From Elusimicrobiota bacterium (GTDB taxonomy: Bacteria; Elusimicrobiota; Elusimicrobia; UBA1565), in NCBI GenBank assembly GCA_043819795.1, contig JBDREN010000083.1:1-64000 (forward strand): a stretch of 64,000 bases of DNA. The letters run 5' to 3'. Shown here one piece after another: positions 18,072 to 27,639 of this stretch (positions are counted from its first letter, which is position 1; the number at the start of each line of letters is the position of its first letter). The position numbers and the translations under genes were made by a program. The notes beneath the pieces are model-generated. The model did not search any database, had not been told where the DNA came from, and saw only the letters and a list, made by a program, of their open reading frames with translations.

Positions 18072-19136
18072 AGGCCGCGATCGAGCGGGGAAGACAACGG
18101 TGACGGCCGTCCCTCGGCCGGCCTCGCTGTCGAAGGAGATGGTCGCCTCGTGCTCGGCCAGGACGCGCTTGGCGAGATAGAGCCCCAGACCCGTGCCGTC
18201 CTCTTTGGTCGTGAAGAAGGGCGCGCTGACCTTCGCCAACACCTCGGGCGCCATCCCCGCGCCCGAGTCCCCCACGACGAGACGCGCCCCCCCCCGCTCC
18301 GGGACGTCCGTGACGACGCGCAGGCGCCCCCCTTTCGGCATGGCCTCGATCGCGTTGACCAGCAGGTTATGGACCACGGCGCGGACATGCTGCTCGTCGA
18401 GGAGCAGTCTCGGGATGTCGCCGAGCCGCACATCGAGCTCGATCCGCTGCTTCTGGCACATCTTCTCGACGAGACGGACGACGCCGCGCGCCACCTCGTT
18501 GAGCGAGCCCTCGCGCAAGAGAGACTTCCCCACCTTGGCGAAGTCCAGAAGGGCCCGTATCGAAAGCGACCCGTGCCGGGCGTTGCGGAGGATCATCTCG
18601 AGGTTCTCTTTCATCTTGGAGTCGGGGGAGAGGGACTCGAGCCCGAACTCGGCCGTGCTGGCGATGACGTGCAGCGGCGTGCGCATCTCGTGAGCGAAGG
18701 TCGCCGCCATTCGCCCGACAGCGCTGAAGCGCTCCATCCTGACCAACGCCTCCTGGACGGCCTTGTGCTCGGGGGCCGTCTCGAAGTCGGCCACGGGGGG
18801 GCTGATCATGACGAGGAAGGCCTCGGGGCCCTTCCCCAGCGAGCGGACGGTCAAGAACACCCTTTCCGGGCTCCCGTCGCGGCGCGTCATCCGCGCCTCG
18901 TAGTTTTTGAGCACCTTCACGTTGCAGGCCGCCTTGAGCAATCCGACGCATTCCTCCCGCCTCGGGAAGAACTCCGCGAAGTCGCGATCGACAGCCTCCT
19001 CGAGGGGGACGCCAAGGAGCTCGGCGGCTCCGCGGGACCACGTCCGGACCACGCGGGAACCGTCGAGCCCGACGAGCGCATCCTCGGACTCGTCGAACAT
19101 GCAGGCGAAAAGGCGGTCTTTCAACCGTTCTTCCAT
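18069..19136 (-). CDS. PAS-domain sensor histidine kinase (cytoplasmic)
   Basis: PAS (WSRGAAELLG, RRDGS), AHEMRTPL, NLLVNAIEAM, DSGAGM, PFFTTK, GTGLGL. Confidence 0.92.
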   Translation of the reverse strand: MEERLKDRLFACMFDESEDALVGLDGSRVVRTWSRGAAELLGVPLEEAVDRDFAEFFPRREECVGLLKAACNVKVLKNYEARMTRRDGSPERVFLTVRSLGKGPEAFLVMISPPVADFETAPEHKAVQEALVRMERFSAVGRMAATFAHEMRTPLHVIASTAEFGLESLSPDSKMKENLEMILRNARHGSLSIRALLDFAKVGKSLLREGSLNEVARGVVRLVEKMCQKQRIELDVRLGDIPRLLLDEQHVRAVVHNLLVNAIEAMPKGGRLRVVTDVPERGGARLVVGDSGAGMAPEVLAKVSAPFFTTKEDGTGLGLYLAKRVLAEHEATISFDSEAGRGTAVTVVFPARSRP

Positions 19137-19325
19137 AGCTTTCCAGCGCCCCGGCGACGACCCCGGGACCGCGCTTCGCCGGTCCTGGCGCCGACGACGG
19201 CAAGTATACCGCCTCCCCCGCGAAAAATCAATGACCGCTTCGCGACGTGACCGCTTCGTGACCGCCGTCGTGGGTCTTGCGAGGCTTCGACTTTTACTTT
19301 ACAATTACGGACAGGAGCCCGACGC

Positions 19326-20216
19326 ATGAAGCCCGAGTCACCAACCGCAGCGCAGAAGCCGGCCGAGATCCGCGAGGGCCTGTGGAAGATCAAGCTGCCC
19401 AATCCGAAGTCCTTCTTCAAGATCGGGGTCGGCAAGAAGCACGCCCAGGCGAACTCTCTGTTCCTGGAGATCGACGGCAAGCGCCGCTTCGAGATCGGAA
19501 ACGACTGCGACACCTGCCACTTCTGGTTCAAATGCCTGCAGGATCCTAAGATCTTCGCCCAGAAGAAAGTCGTCAACCTCCCGAAGTCCTTATCGGTGCC
19601 GCGCCCCCTCGACGCAAAGCTCATCCGCGAGATCCTCCCGGTGATCGAGCTCATGGACAAGGGGGATCACTACATATTCAACACGAAGCTCCAGCTCGCC
19701 GGACCGTACCGTTCCGACGACGAGTCCTCCTACTTCTACAACAGCGAGTTCATGGAGATATGGGACATCGAGGACCCCGCCTCCGAGGACCTCCTCTCCG
19801 GCTGGGAGCATTACGAGGGCAAGACCCCGCGCGTCTTTCGGCACGACGGTGTGATCGAAAAGCAGTTCGACTTCGTGATCCCTCTCGTCCCCCAACAACG
19901 TCTCAAGCAGGAGAACATACGCGTCTACCAGCAGATGATCGCGGGCGGGGACCGGCCGCGGGTCCTGCTGCTGGGCATGCTCCACCGCCCCGTCCCCGGG
20001 AGCGTCTCCTCCGGACAGACGAAGAACCTGCATTCGTACTTCGCGGGCTTCGTGCTCGACGGGCACCACAAGCTGGCCGCCTATCAGCGCGCCGGGGTCC
20101 CGGTGAACTCCCTCGTAGTCTTGTCCCAGAAGGCCAGCAAGTACTTCCTGCTCGAGGGCGAATCCGCCCCTCAACGGACGCGCCTCGAGGACCGCCTGGC
20201 CTCGATGGCGACCTGA
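19326..20216 (+). CDS. Hypothetical protein with CxxC and a ParB/Srx-like DGHHK motif
   Basis: Typical codon usage and composition. NDCDTCHFWFKC and GFVLDGHHKLAAY. Confidence 0.75.
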   Translation: MKPESPTAAQKPAEIREGLWKIKLPNPKSFFKIGVGKKHAQANSLFLEIDGKRRFEIGNDCDTCHFWFKCLQDPKIFAQKKVVNLPKSLSVPRPLDAKLIREILPVIELMDKGDHYIFNTKLQLAGPYRSDDESSYFYNSEFMEIWDIEDPASEDLLSGWEHYEGKTPRVFRHDGVIEKQFDFVIPLVPQQRLKQENIRVYQQMIAGGDRPRVLLLGMLHRPVPGSVSSGQTKNLHSYFAGFVLDGHHKLAAYQRAGVPVNSLVVLSQKASKYFLLEGESAPQRTRLEDRLASMAT

Positions 20217-20464
20217 CCCGCCTCTTACACGAGCCCCTGTGGCGGAGCGTGGATCGTGCTGGGCCCTCCGGCCCTTTCGATCTCGCCACCCGGGACCAAG
20301 CGGCGGTGCCGGCGGCTTGGGTCCGGGCCTCAGCCGCCTCGGCCCACGCGCTCCTCCGAAAACGCTCCCGACGGGGACCCCCGATCCGCCTTAGGCCCTA
20401 AGTCCCGAGAAAGCATGGGCCCCCCGGCACTGGCCTTCTAGGACTTTTCCCCTATCCTATCGGT

Positions 20465-23400
20465 ATGCGGCGGACCAATGGGCCCAGGTGGGTTCTACTC
20501 GCGGCCTGCGCGTTGAGCCTCCAGGGCGCCGCCCGCGCCGGGACCGGTCCCCGTCCCTCTCCGAAGAGACTCCAGGAAGAGAAGCTGCCCGGCGCCATCG
20601 TCGCGAGGCTCCCTGTTCCCGCCGCCTTCGCGTCTCCGGGGGCCCCGGCTTCGACGCTCTCCTCTCCGGCGGTCCTGCTCGCGCGGGAGATCGATGAGCT
20701 GTTCGCCGGCCTGAGCAGTGAGACCAACGACGGCACGCGGGCTCTCCGCCAGCCGGCTCCGGAAAAAGCCCCGCCCCGGGGAACCGGCTCCGGACGGCTT
20801 TCGTCGCGATCGTCTCCCGCGGCGGGAACGCGCGAGCCCGCCGAGGTTTTCGCCGCCCTGGACCGACGGCTCTCCGACATCCGCGCCCGGATCATCGATA
20901 CGATCGACGATCCCGAGGAGGTCGCGATCCTCCTGGCCCGCGTCGACCGGATCCGTGGCGTCCTGGCCAAGCTCCGGAGGGCCGGGGAAACGGGCCAAGC
21001 CCGTTCCCTGTCCGGGGCGATGGCCGGACTGGCGCGGGCCCTCGGGCGGGGGACCGATGACGAGAACCTCTCCAGGTTCGAGACCCTGGTCGACCGCCTG
21101 ATGCAAGCGCGGTCGCTGCCCCCCGACCGGCTCGGAACGATCTTCGACAACACGCCCGAGTTCCCGGACAGCGATGTTCTCGCCCCCGTCCCGGCGGAGG
21201 GCTTCAAGGCCCGGGCCCCGCGAGCAAGGGCGAGCGGAGCGGGCGTTTCGCAAGCGGCCCTGTTGGACATCGACCGCTACCCACGGCCCCTGACCGGGAT
21301 CCGTGTCGACGGCGGCGTCGTTCCGAAGCCGAGAGGGCCGGGAACCTCGGCCAAGGCCGAGCCGGAGTCCGAGGTCGGCCGCCCACAGCGACGAGCGGTC
21401 ACCGCTTCGCAGGGGCTTGAGCGCTCGGCTGTCGCGGCGCTCTCGCCCTTCGCGGGACTGAGCCCGAAAGGCCGCCAGGACCTGTTCCGAAAGGACCGGG
21501 CCGCTCTCAGGCGGGAGCTGCTCGCCGTCGGACTCCGGGCGCTCGAGGAGGGCGACGCGGAGCTCGAGCCGTATCGGGAGGATCTGGACGCCGCGGACGG
21601 AAGGCTCTCCGGGATGCGTAAAGCGCTGCTGGCCCGGCTCGGGTTCGATGCGCCCCCGCACAACGACCAGGAGCGCAGCGGGCGGTTCGCGACTCTCACG
21701 AAAGAAGCCCCCCATCTGTCTCTCTATTTCGCGCGGCGCGGGATTTACCAGATGCGCATGCGGCAGGCCCACGGCGAGCATGCCGTGCCGCCGGAGACGC
21801 GCTTCGCACCCTGGGAACTCGGCATCGAGGACGGCAGCGAGAAAGCCGTCGTCTACGCTACGGCCAAGGACGGCGACCGCACGTTCTACGGGCTGCGCCG
21901 GGAGTTCCAGGACGGCTCCTCGCGCTTCGCGGCGACCGACGGAGCGGAGGGGCTGGTCGTCGTGGTGTCCCCCTCCGATAGCCGCGAGATCCGCACGCGT
22001 ATCCGTTTCGACGACCAGGGCCGGCCGGATCGCACCCGGACCTCGATCATCGACACGGGGACCGGCAAGAGGATCCGGGAGGAGATCGCCGACATCGCGC
22101 GGGCGCTCACGCGCTTCGTCGATTACGATCAAGCCGGCGACGCGGTGAGGGTCCTGACCCTGGACAGCGGCACCGGCGAGCAGGTGGTGGAGGACCGCCG
22201 GCAGGGCCGCCGCGTCGCGACCGACAAAGACGGAAAGGTCACGATCACGCCGATCCGAGGCGGAGCCCAAGCCTGGCAGCAGCAGGGCCGGCTCGATGAG
22301 AGCGGCCGCTTCATCCTCGACCGCCTGGTGCGCGAAGACGGCAGCGTCGTCGAGCGCGTCAGCCCGCACGTCCTGAAGATATCGCGAGACGGCAAGGCGC
22401 AGGGCTATGAGATCGTCGTCGACTCCATCTTCCATGGCGCCCGGGGGCCTGAGCGCGAAGCGGAGTCCTCCAGGATCGCCCGCGAGATCATCGCGGCGCT
22501 CGGCTACCAGGACAAAGACGACCGGCGCTCGCGCCCCCTTAGCAACTGGCTCTCCGACACCTGGACGAAGGACGAGCGGACGCGCGGCGTCGCGATGACG
22601 GTCGATCCGCGCGGAAGGTTCCAGGTCGTCTACAGCTACAAAGACGGGACCAAGCGCATCGAGCGCGCCAAGTACGGCCTTTCGACCTCGTACGGCGACG
22701 GGAAGCGGGAGCTCGCGCTCGTGACGCTGAGGCCGGTCCATACCGACCGCCAGGGCCGGGCGCGGCTGGACCCCCGGCGCTACCGCGAGTACCTGGCCGG
22801 CGGCGGCTACAACCAGTGGCATTCCACTTTCGAGTTCAAGAAGGCCGGCTGGTTCTCGAACGCGAAGACGATCGAGCACGTCTCCCTCATCCGCTACGGC
22901 CGGGACGGAAGCCTTCCACGCCTGGGTCCCGGGAGCGGGGGCGAGCGGGACGGAGACTCCGGCAGCGGCCGCTGGACGGAACGCGGCCGGGAGAAGAAGG
23001 ACGAATTCGTCAATGAGGTCGGCGGGACATCGACCTTCGGCATCGTGGGGACCGCGATCCATGAGGCGCCGGTGGTCGGGGACGTCCTGCAGGCCGGCGG
23101 AGCGGTCGGAAAGACGCTCTGGACGGGCATCATGGCGGCTCCGCCCACCTTCATCTATGCGGTCACCAAGGACACGGATTACGGCCTCGCCATGTCGGGA
23201 AGCTACGCGAAGAACCCCCTGGTGAACCGTCTGGTGGGAGACCAGGGACACCTCGACCGCATGGACGGCAAGATGTGGGAGGTCGTCCTTATCGAGGCCC
23301 GCGAAAACCGCCGAAAAGACCTCGATCAGATGGGCTACACCGAGGGGAATACGGACCCGGAGGAGCATCAGCGTTTGCTCTCCCAATGGCGCGGAGACCG

Positions 23401-25705
23401 CTTCGTGTCCCCCGAGGATTGCCTCAAATCACATCCGCGCGGCTATTGCGATCGGTTCCGGTACAGCAGAGAGGAGCTCATGCGCGCGGTGCGCGGCTAC
23501 GGCGCCCTGACCTGGGGCGACCGCCTGATCGAATCGGCCGAGGGCAAGAAGGGCGCGGCCTACTGCGCCACGGCCGGCGCGGGGTGGGGGCTCAAGGTGT
23601 TCGAGAACGTGGGCGAGACGCTCTTCAATCCCGTCATCTGGGCCACTTTCGGCGTGGGCAAGGGAGTGCAGGCCATGACGGCCATGCGCGCCGCGGGCAA
23701 CAGCTCGCTCGCGGTCTCCGGCGCGCTCTCCACCGCTCGCGTCACGCACGCGCTCTTGAGCACGACGCTCTACAGCACGTGGGTCGTGGGCGGGGTGGAC
23801 AACCTCGGCCAGACCGTGGTCGCGCTCCAGGAAGGCGACAGAGAACAGGCATTGAAGAAGTCGGCCGACCTCGGCACCGATCTCTTCTTCGTCTGGATGA
23901 TGGCCCGCGAGTCTCGCAGCCACAAGCTCCGCCAGAAGGCCCGACAGGCGCTCCTAAAGGAGCAAAGGCTGATCACAAAAGAATACAAGGCCGCTTCCAA
24001 AGCGGTCCGCACTAAGTCCGCGCACGCGACGAACGGCAAAGCCCCGGTCAAGAGCGCCGAGAAGGCGCTCCAGTCCAAGGCCGCGCACGCGACGAACGGC
24101 AAAGCCCCGGTCAAGAGCGCCGAGAAGGCGCTCCAGTCCAAGGCCGCTCACGCGACGAACGGCAAAGCCCCGGTCAAGAGCGCCGAGAAGGCGATCCGTT
24201 CCAAGGCCGCGCACGCGCAGAAGCCCGCGAAGCCGGCCCCCGAGCCAAAAACGGAGGCCGCACGGGGCAAGACGACGGGCAAGGGCGAGACGCGGGCCAC
24301 GAGCGGAGCCCCCAAGAAGCCGGCGCCGAGGACGATCAGGGAGCGCATGCACGAGTGGAAGGCCCGCCTGGTGGAGAACAAGCCCAGGGTCATGGACTTT
24401 CTGAAGAAGCGTATGCCTAAGCTCAAGTCCTCTCAAGCATCCAAGGCCAAAGCGCTCAAGGCGCGCCAGACCGCAAGGCACACCAAGGCGAACCGGGCGA
24501 AGAAGACGGAATCCAAGTCCGGCAAGAATGCGAAGAGGGGAGGCGAGTCGCCGCTCCGGAATCTCGGCGAACGAGTCGTGGCGGTCGCCAAATCCTTGAT
24601 CTCGAAGGGCAAGACGACGGGAAGGAAAGCCCGCAACGCCGGCAAGCTCAAGAAGGCCGCTGTCGCGCCCCGCGCAATCCTGAGTCCCGAGCTCAACAGG
24701 TTCGCCTCCGAGACGGAGCCCGTACCCGCACCGGACCCGGCGGACTCGGACGCGCGATACACCGCCGATGAGGAGCCTGGAGAAGAGGCCGGCGTGGATC
24801 CCGGGCAGCGCGGAGAAGACGACGGCCGCGCCGCCCGGGATGCCGCGAAGCCCCGGGCCGAGCCCTTGATCGGAGCCGGCCGCGCGGCGGATTCTCCCGC
24901 CGGCGCCCCGGATTCCGGCGGGGATCAGGCGAGCCCAGGCTCAGGCGGCGATTCCGGAAGCGAAGCCGGCGGCGGCGAGACCGGTTCGGGCACGGGAAGC
25001 GGCGCTCTGGGCGGCGGAAGTCTCGCGAGCGGATCGGGGAGCGGAGGCTCGGGCGGCGGCCGCAAGGGTGCGGGGCGGAATCCCCGCGTGCATGGGCGGG
25101 CGGGACAGAAGTTCGACGGTGGACGGACTACCGTCGCTCGCCTGACCCCGACTTCCCCCCGGCCGTTGCCCTCCCTGCAACCGGAGCGGCCCCGAATCAT
25201 GCCGAGAGCCCCCGAGCCCATAGATCCTTACCGCCAAGCGCACGCTTCGCCGGAGCGCCGGTCCGTCCCGCCAGTCGAGGAGAAACCCGCGCCCCGGGTG
25301 TCCAGGAAGAGTTCGCCGCCCGGGTTCAACGCGACGGGCGGGTCGGGCGGGTCTCTAGCGCCCGGCGGCCCGGAGTTCAAACCGCGGGACCCGTTCCCCG
25401 AGGGCAGGAAGGCGGCTCCGCCGGCGACACCTTCCCCGCCCCGAACCGAGGCGCGCAGCGGCGCTCCCGCCGCCGCGGCCGCCTCTCCCGCCGCGCACGA
25501 CGGCTTCTTCGAGATCCCGCGACACCGCCTCCGCCCGGCCGGCCACCTCCCCAACGGCCGCCTTCCCGAACGGGGGCAAGAGAGCCCCTACCGCGCGCAC
25601 GCGCTCAGCCTCCTGCTGGAGCTGGCCGGGCTGGGGGCCGCGATCTACCTTTTTAGGCTCTCAAGATTCCCGTTCCTTATCGGCATCGCGCGCAAACGTC
25701 TCTGA
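20465..25705 (+). CDS. Large (1,746 aa) exported or membrane-anchored hypothetical protein
   Basis: Signal peptide, beta-hairpin-rich middle, hydrophobic helices, Lys-rich repeats, Gly/Pro-rich linker, C-terminal TM with basic tail. Confidence 0.75.
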   Translation: MRRTNGPRWVLLAACALSLQGAARAGTGPRPSPKRLQEEKLPGAIVARLPVPAAFASPGAPASTLSSPAVLLAREIDELFAGLSSETNDGTRALRQPAPEKAPPRGTGSGRLSSRSSPAAGTREPAEVFAALDRRLSDIRARIIDTIDDPEEVAILLARVDRIRGVLAKLRRAGETGQARSLSGAMAGLARALGRGTDDENLSRFETLVDRLMQARSLPPDRLGTIFDNTPEFPDSDVLAPVPAEGFKARAPRARASGAGVSQAALLDIDRYPRPLTGIRVDGGVVPKPRGPGTSAKAEPESEVGRPQRRAVTASQGLERSAVAALSPFAGLSPKGRQDLFRKDRAALRRELLAVGLRALEEGDAELEPYREDLDAADGRLSGMRKALLARLGFDAPPHNDQERSGRFATLTKEAPHLSLYFARRGIYQMRMRQAHGEHAVPPETRFAPWELGIEDGSEKAVVYATAKDGDRTFYGLRREFQDGSSRFAATDGAEGLVVVVSPSDSREIRTRIRFDDQGRPDRTRTSIIDTGTGKRIREEIADIARALTRFVDYDQAGDAVRVLTLDSGTGEQVVEDRRQGRRVATDKDGKVTITPIRGGAQAWQQQGRLDESGRFILDRLVREDGSVVERVSPHVLKISRDGKAQGYEIVVDSIFHGARGPEREAESSRIAREIIAALGYQDKDDRRSRPLSNWLSDTWTKDERTRGVAMTVDPRGRFQVVYSYKDGTKRIERAKYGLSTSYGDGKRELALVTLRPVHTDRQGRARLDPRRYREYLAGGGYNQWHSTFEFKKAGWFSNAKTIEHVSLIRYGRDGSLPRLGPGSGGERDGDSGSGRWTERGREKKDEFVNEVGGTSTFGIVGTAIHEAPVVGDVLQAGGAVGKTLWTGIMAAPPTFIYAVTKDTDYGLAMSGSYAKNPLVNRLVGDQGHLDRMDGKMWEVVLIEARENRRKDLDQMGYTEGNTDPEEHQRLLSQWRGDRFVSPEDCLKSHPRGYCDRFRYSREELMRAVRGYGALTWGDRLIESAEGKKGAAYCATAGAGWGLKVFENVGETLFNPVIWATFGVGKGVQAMTAMRAAGNSSLAVSGALSTARVTHALLSTTLYSTWVVGGVDNLGQTVVALQEGDREQALKKSADLGTDLFFVWMMARESRSHKLRQKARQALLKEQRLITKEYKAASKAVRTKSAHATNGKAPVKSAEKALQSKAAHATNGKAPVKSAEKALQSKAAHATNGKAPVKSAEKAIRSKAAHAQKPAKPAPEPKTEAARGKTTGKGETRATSGAPKKPAPRTIRERMHEWKARLVENKPRVMDFLKKRMPKLKSSQASKAKALKARQTARHTKANRAKKTESKSGKNAKRGGESPLRNLGERVVAVAKSLISKGKTTGRKARNAGKLKKAAVAPRAILSPELNRFASETEPVPAPDPADSDARYTADEEPGEEAGVDPGQRGEDDGRAARDAAKPRAEPLIGAGRAADSPAGAPDSGGDQASPGSGGDSGSEAGGGETGSGTGSGALGGGSLASGSGSGGSGGGRKGAGRNPRVHGRAGQKFDGGRTTVARLTPTSPRPLPSLQPERPRIMPRAPEPIDPYRQAHASPERRSVPPVEEKPAPRVSRKSSPPGFNATGGSGGSLAPGGPEFKPRDPFPEGRKAAPPATPSPPRTEARSGAPAAAAASPAAHDGFFEIPRHRLRPAGHLPNGRLPERGQESPYRAHALSLLLELAGLGAAIYLFRLSRFPFLIGIARKRL
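21195..21237 (+). repeat. 43-bp dispersed intragenic repeat, copy 1
   Basis: 4 mismatches to consensus CGGAAGCCTTCAACGCCTGGGCCCCGCGAGCAAGGGCGAGCGG. Read as EGFKARAPRARASG. Confidence 0.8.
22906..22948 (+). repeat. 43-bp dispersed intragenic repeat, copy 2
   Basis: CGGAAGCCTTCCACGCCTGGGTCCCGGGAGCGGGGGCGAGCGG. Read as GSLPRLGPGSGGER. Confidence 0.85.
24018..24217 (+). repeat. 63-bp (21-aa) tandem repeat, about 3.2 copies
   Basis: AHATNGKAPVKSAEKALQSKA units start at 24018, 24081, 24144 and 24207 (partial). Confidence 0.95.
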
Positions 25706-25718
25706 TGGTTCCGCAATT

Positions 25719-25727
25719 TGCTACACT
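25719..25727 (+). promoter_or_regulatory. Extended -10 promoter candidate
   Basis: AATT-TGcTACACT upstream of ATG 25748. The same AATTTGCTA string occurs at 27779 and 39658. Confidence 0.45.
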
Positions 25728-25747
25728 CGGCAGGTAAACGCCCTGCC

Positions 25748-26767
25748 ATGAAGTGCCCGAACTGCCAGTTCGACATCAAAGAGTCCGTAGAGACATGCCC
25801 CTTCTGCAGCTTCGTGCTCCCCGTCGACGAGGAAGCGGAGCAGGACAATAAACCGCCCGATCTCCCATCGAGAACCGAGCAGACGGACCCCGCCGCGCCC
25901 AGCCTGATAGACCTGGACGGCGCGGATGTGGACCCCGAGGTCGGCCGGATCCCCAAGCGTCCGGAGGACGCGGCGGGCGCCGCACCGGAGCCGGTCCAAG
26001 CCCCGGAGCCGAAGCCCTCGGCTATGAAGTCAATCCTCACGTTGCTGGTCGCCGCCGCGATAGGCTTCGGCGGCTATCATCTGGGCCTGTTCGACAACCT
26101 GCTGTCTTTGGCCGGCATCACGAGTGCGGCCCCGCAGCCCGAGGCGCAGACGGCCCGGCCCGGCCCGGACGCCCCCCGGCCCGCGCCGCCCTCTCCCGCC
26201 GCGCTCCCGACCTCATCGCCGGCCTCGGCGGGCGGCCCCATCGAGGAAGAGCCGCATCAGGGTCCGGCGGGCTCGGCGCTCGTCGACCCGCGCATGGCGG
26301 CGCTGCTGCAGGATCAGACCGCAGCGATCCAAGTCGAGCAGCCGCCTCCCCCCGAGCCCGAAGGAGACTGGGTATTCCTGGGGACGGTCTACGACATGAT
26401 CACGCTGAAGCCGATCCGCGACGCGCAGATGTTGTTCTTAAGCGGCAGCGCGCAGACCGACTACGACACGACCACGGATGCCAAGGGCCGCTACCGAATC
26501 CGCCTGCCGGCGTCGACGCGCGACGACTACCGTTTGATCATCGACCATCCGGACTATCTGGCCGATTACTTCGACGAGAAGAGCCCCAGCTACCGGACGG
26601 TCTCCCTCGCCGTCCGCCAACAGCTGCGCTCGGCCAAGCCGAAACTGGAGGCGTGGAAGGGCGTCGTGGGCAAGAACGCCCGCCGAGACATCGTCCTGTT
26701 CCCCGAGATCCCGGACCGGAACCTGCCCCCGGGAGAGTCCCACGGCGATTCCTTCCCGGCGCAATGA
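25748..26767 (+). CDS. Zinc-ribbon, TM and carboxypeptidase-regulatory-like (Ig) domain protein
   Basis: MKCPNC...CPFC. TM ILTLLVAAAIGFGGY. GTVYDMITLKPI...TTTDAKGRYRI. Confidence 0.75.
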   Translation: MKCPNCQFDIKESVETCPFCSFVLPVDEEAEQDNKPPDLPSRTEQTDPAAPSLIDLDGADVDPEVGRIPKRPEDAAGAAPEPVQAPEPKPSAMKSILTLLVAAAIGFGGYHLGLFDNLLSLAGITSAAPQPEAQTARPGPDAPRPAPPSPAALPTSSPASAGGPIEEEPHQGPAGSALVDPRMAALLQDQTAAIQVEQPPPPEPEGDWVFLGTVYDMITLKPIRDAQMLFLSGSAQTDYDTTTDAKGRYRIRLPASTRDDYRLIIDHPDYLADYFDEKSPSYRTVSLAVRQQLRSAKPKLEAWKGVVGKNARRDIVLFPEIPDRNLPPGESHGDSFPAQ

Positions 26768-27531
26768 CCGCGATGAATCTCGCGGGCTGCGCCCTGCTGA
26801 TGCCGATCCTGCTGGCCGCCGCGCCCCCAGGAGCCGCCGCTCCCGGAATCCTCCCCGCTGAAAGCGCCGAAGCCGGCCCGGGCGAAGAGACTCTCGCCAC
26901 CGGACAGTTCGGCAGCGTGCGCCGGCTCCTGGAACGGACATGGAAGATGGCCCGAGAGTGGTCGGAGGACGCCGCTCTCTACTCCGTCCTCGGGAAAACG
27001 CCGCGTAATTCGGCGCGTTGGGAGCCTGAACAGTGGCAGTTCATCTTCGGAGACTCCAACGGCAAGGACGGCGCGTTCCTGGTTGTCTATGTCGATGGGG
27101 TCCTGCACGGCCGCGAGGGGATCAAGGGACAGGTCAGACTCACCGAGTTCTTCAAAGACGGGCATTTCGTGAATCGGAGTGCCCGGATCGTGGACTGGAC
27201 GACGAACGACTACCGGGACTGCCGCCCGGTTTCGCCGAAATTCGCCGACACGCCGGTCCTCGAGGAGAAGATCCGCGACCTCAAGCTCGTCCCCAACGAG
27301 CTCAGCCAGTTCCGCGTGGCGCTATTGCACCCCAGCAACAACAACTGCGACGGGCTCGGACACTTGAGCCTGTTCCTGCCCGAAAAACCGATCCCGCGCA
27401 AGCTGCTCAAGAGAAGCCTCTGGATCGTCACCGGCTCGAAGGCGACGACTTTCTTCGACGCGCGCACCGGCAAGAAGCTTTGGCGCCGCGCTCGGGACCG
27501 ATCCGGGAACGACCCGGCTCCAACAAAATAG
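26764..27531 (+). CDS. Exported hypothetical protein
   Basis: ATG overlaps the upstream stop (ATGA). Signal-like N-terminus and globular composition. Confidence 0.65.
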   Translation: MTAMNLAGCALLMPILLAAAPPGAAAPGILPAESAEAGPGEETLATGQFGSVRRLLERTWKMAREWSEDAALYSVLGKTPRNSARWEPEQWQFIFGDSNGKDGAFLVVYVDGVLHGREGIKGQVRLTEFFKDGHFVNRSARIVDWTTNDYRDCRPVSPKFADTPVLEEKIRDLKLVPNELSQFRVALLHPSNNNCDGLGHLSLFLPEKPIPRKLLKRSLWIVTGSKATTFFDARTGKKLWRRARDRSGNDPAPTK

Positions 27532-27584
27532 CTGGCGTCATCACGCCGGAATTGTGTATACTTTTATCCCGTTGACGCCGATTT

Positions 27585-27639
27585 AGAAAGCCACCGACCC
27601 ACTCCCCGTACGGCAACTCGCAGGTGGCTTTCTTCTTTT
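27585..27639 (+). terminator. 11-bp inverted repeat followed by a U-rich tract (terminator or structured RNA)
   Basis: AGAAAGCCACC-N27-GGTGGCTTTCT-TCTTTT. Confidence 0.45.

Noticed and set aside
20495..23386. 963-aa minus-strand ORF
   Set aside because: Shadow of the 1,746-aa gene, with typical antisense composition.
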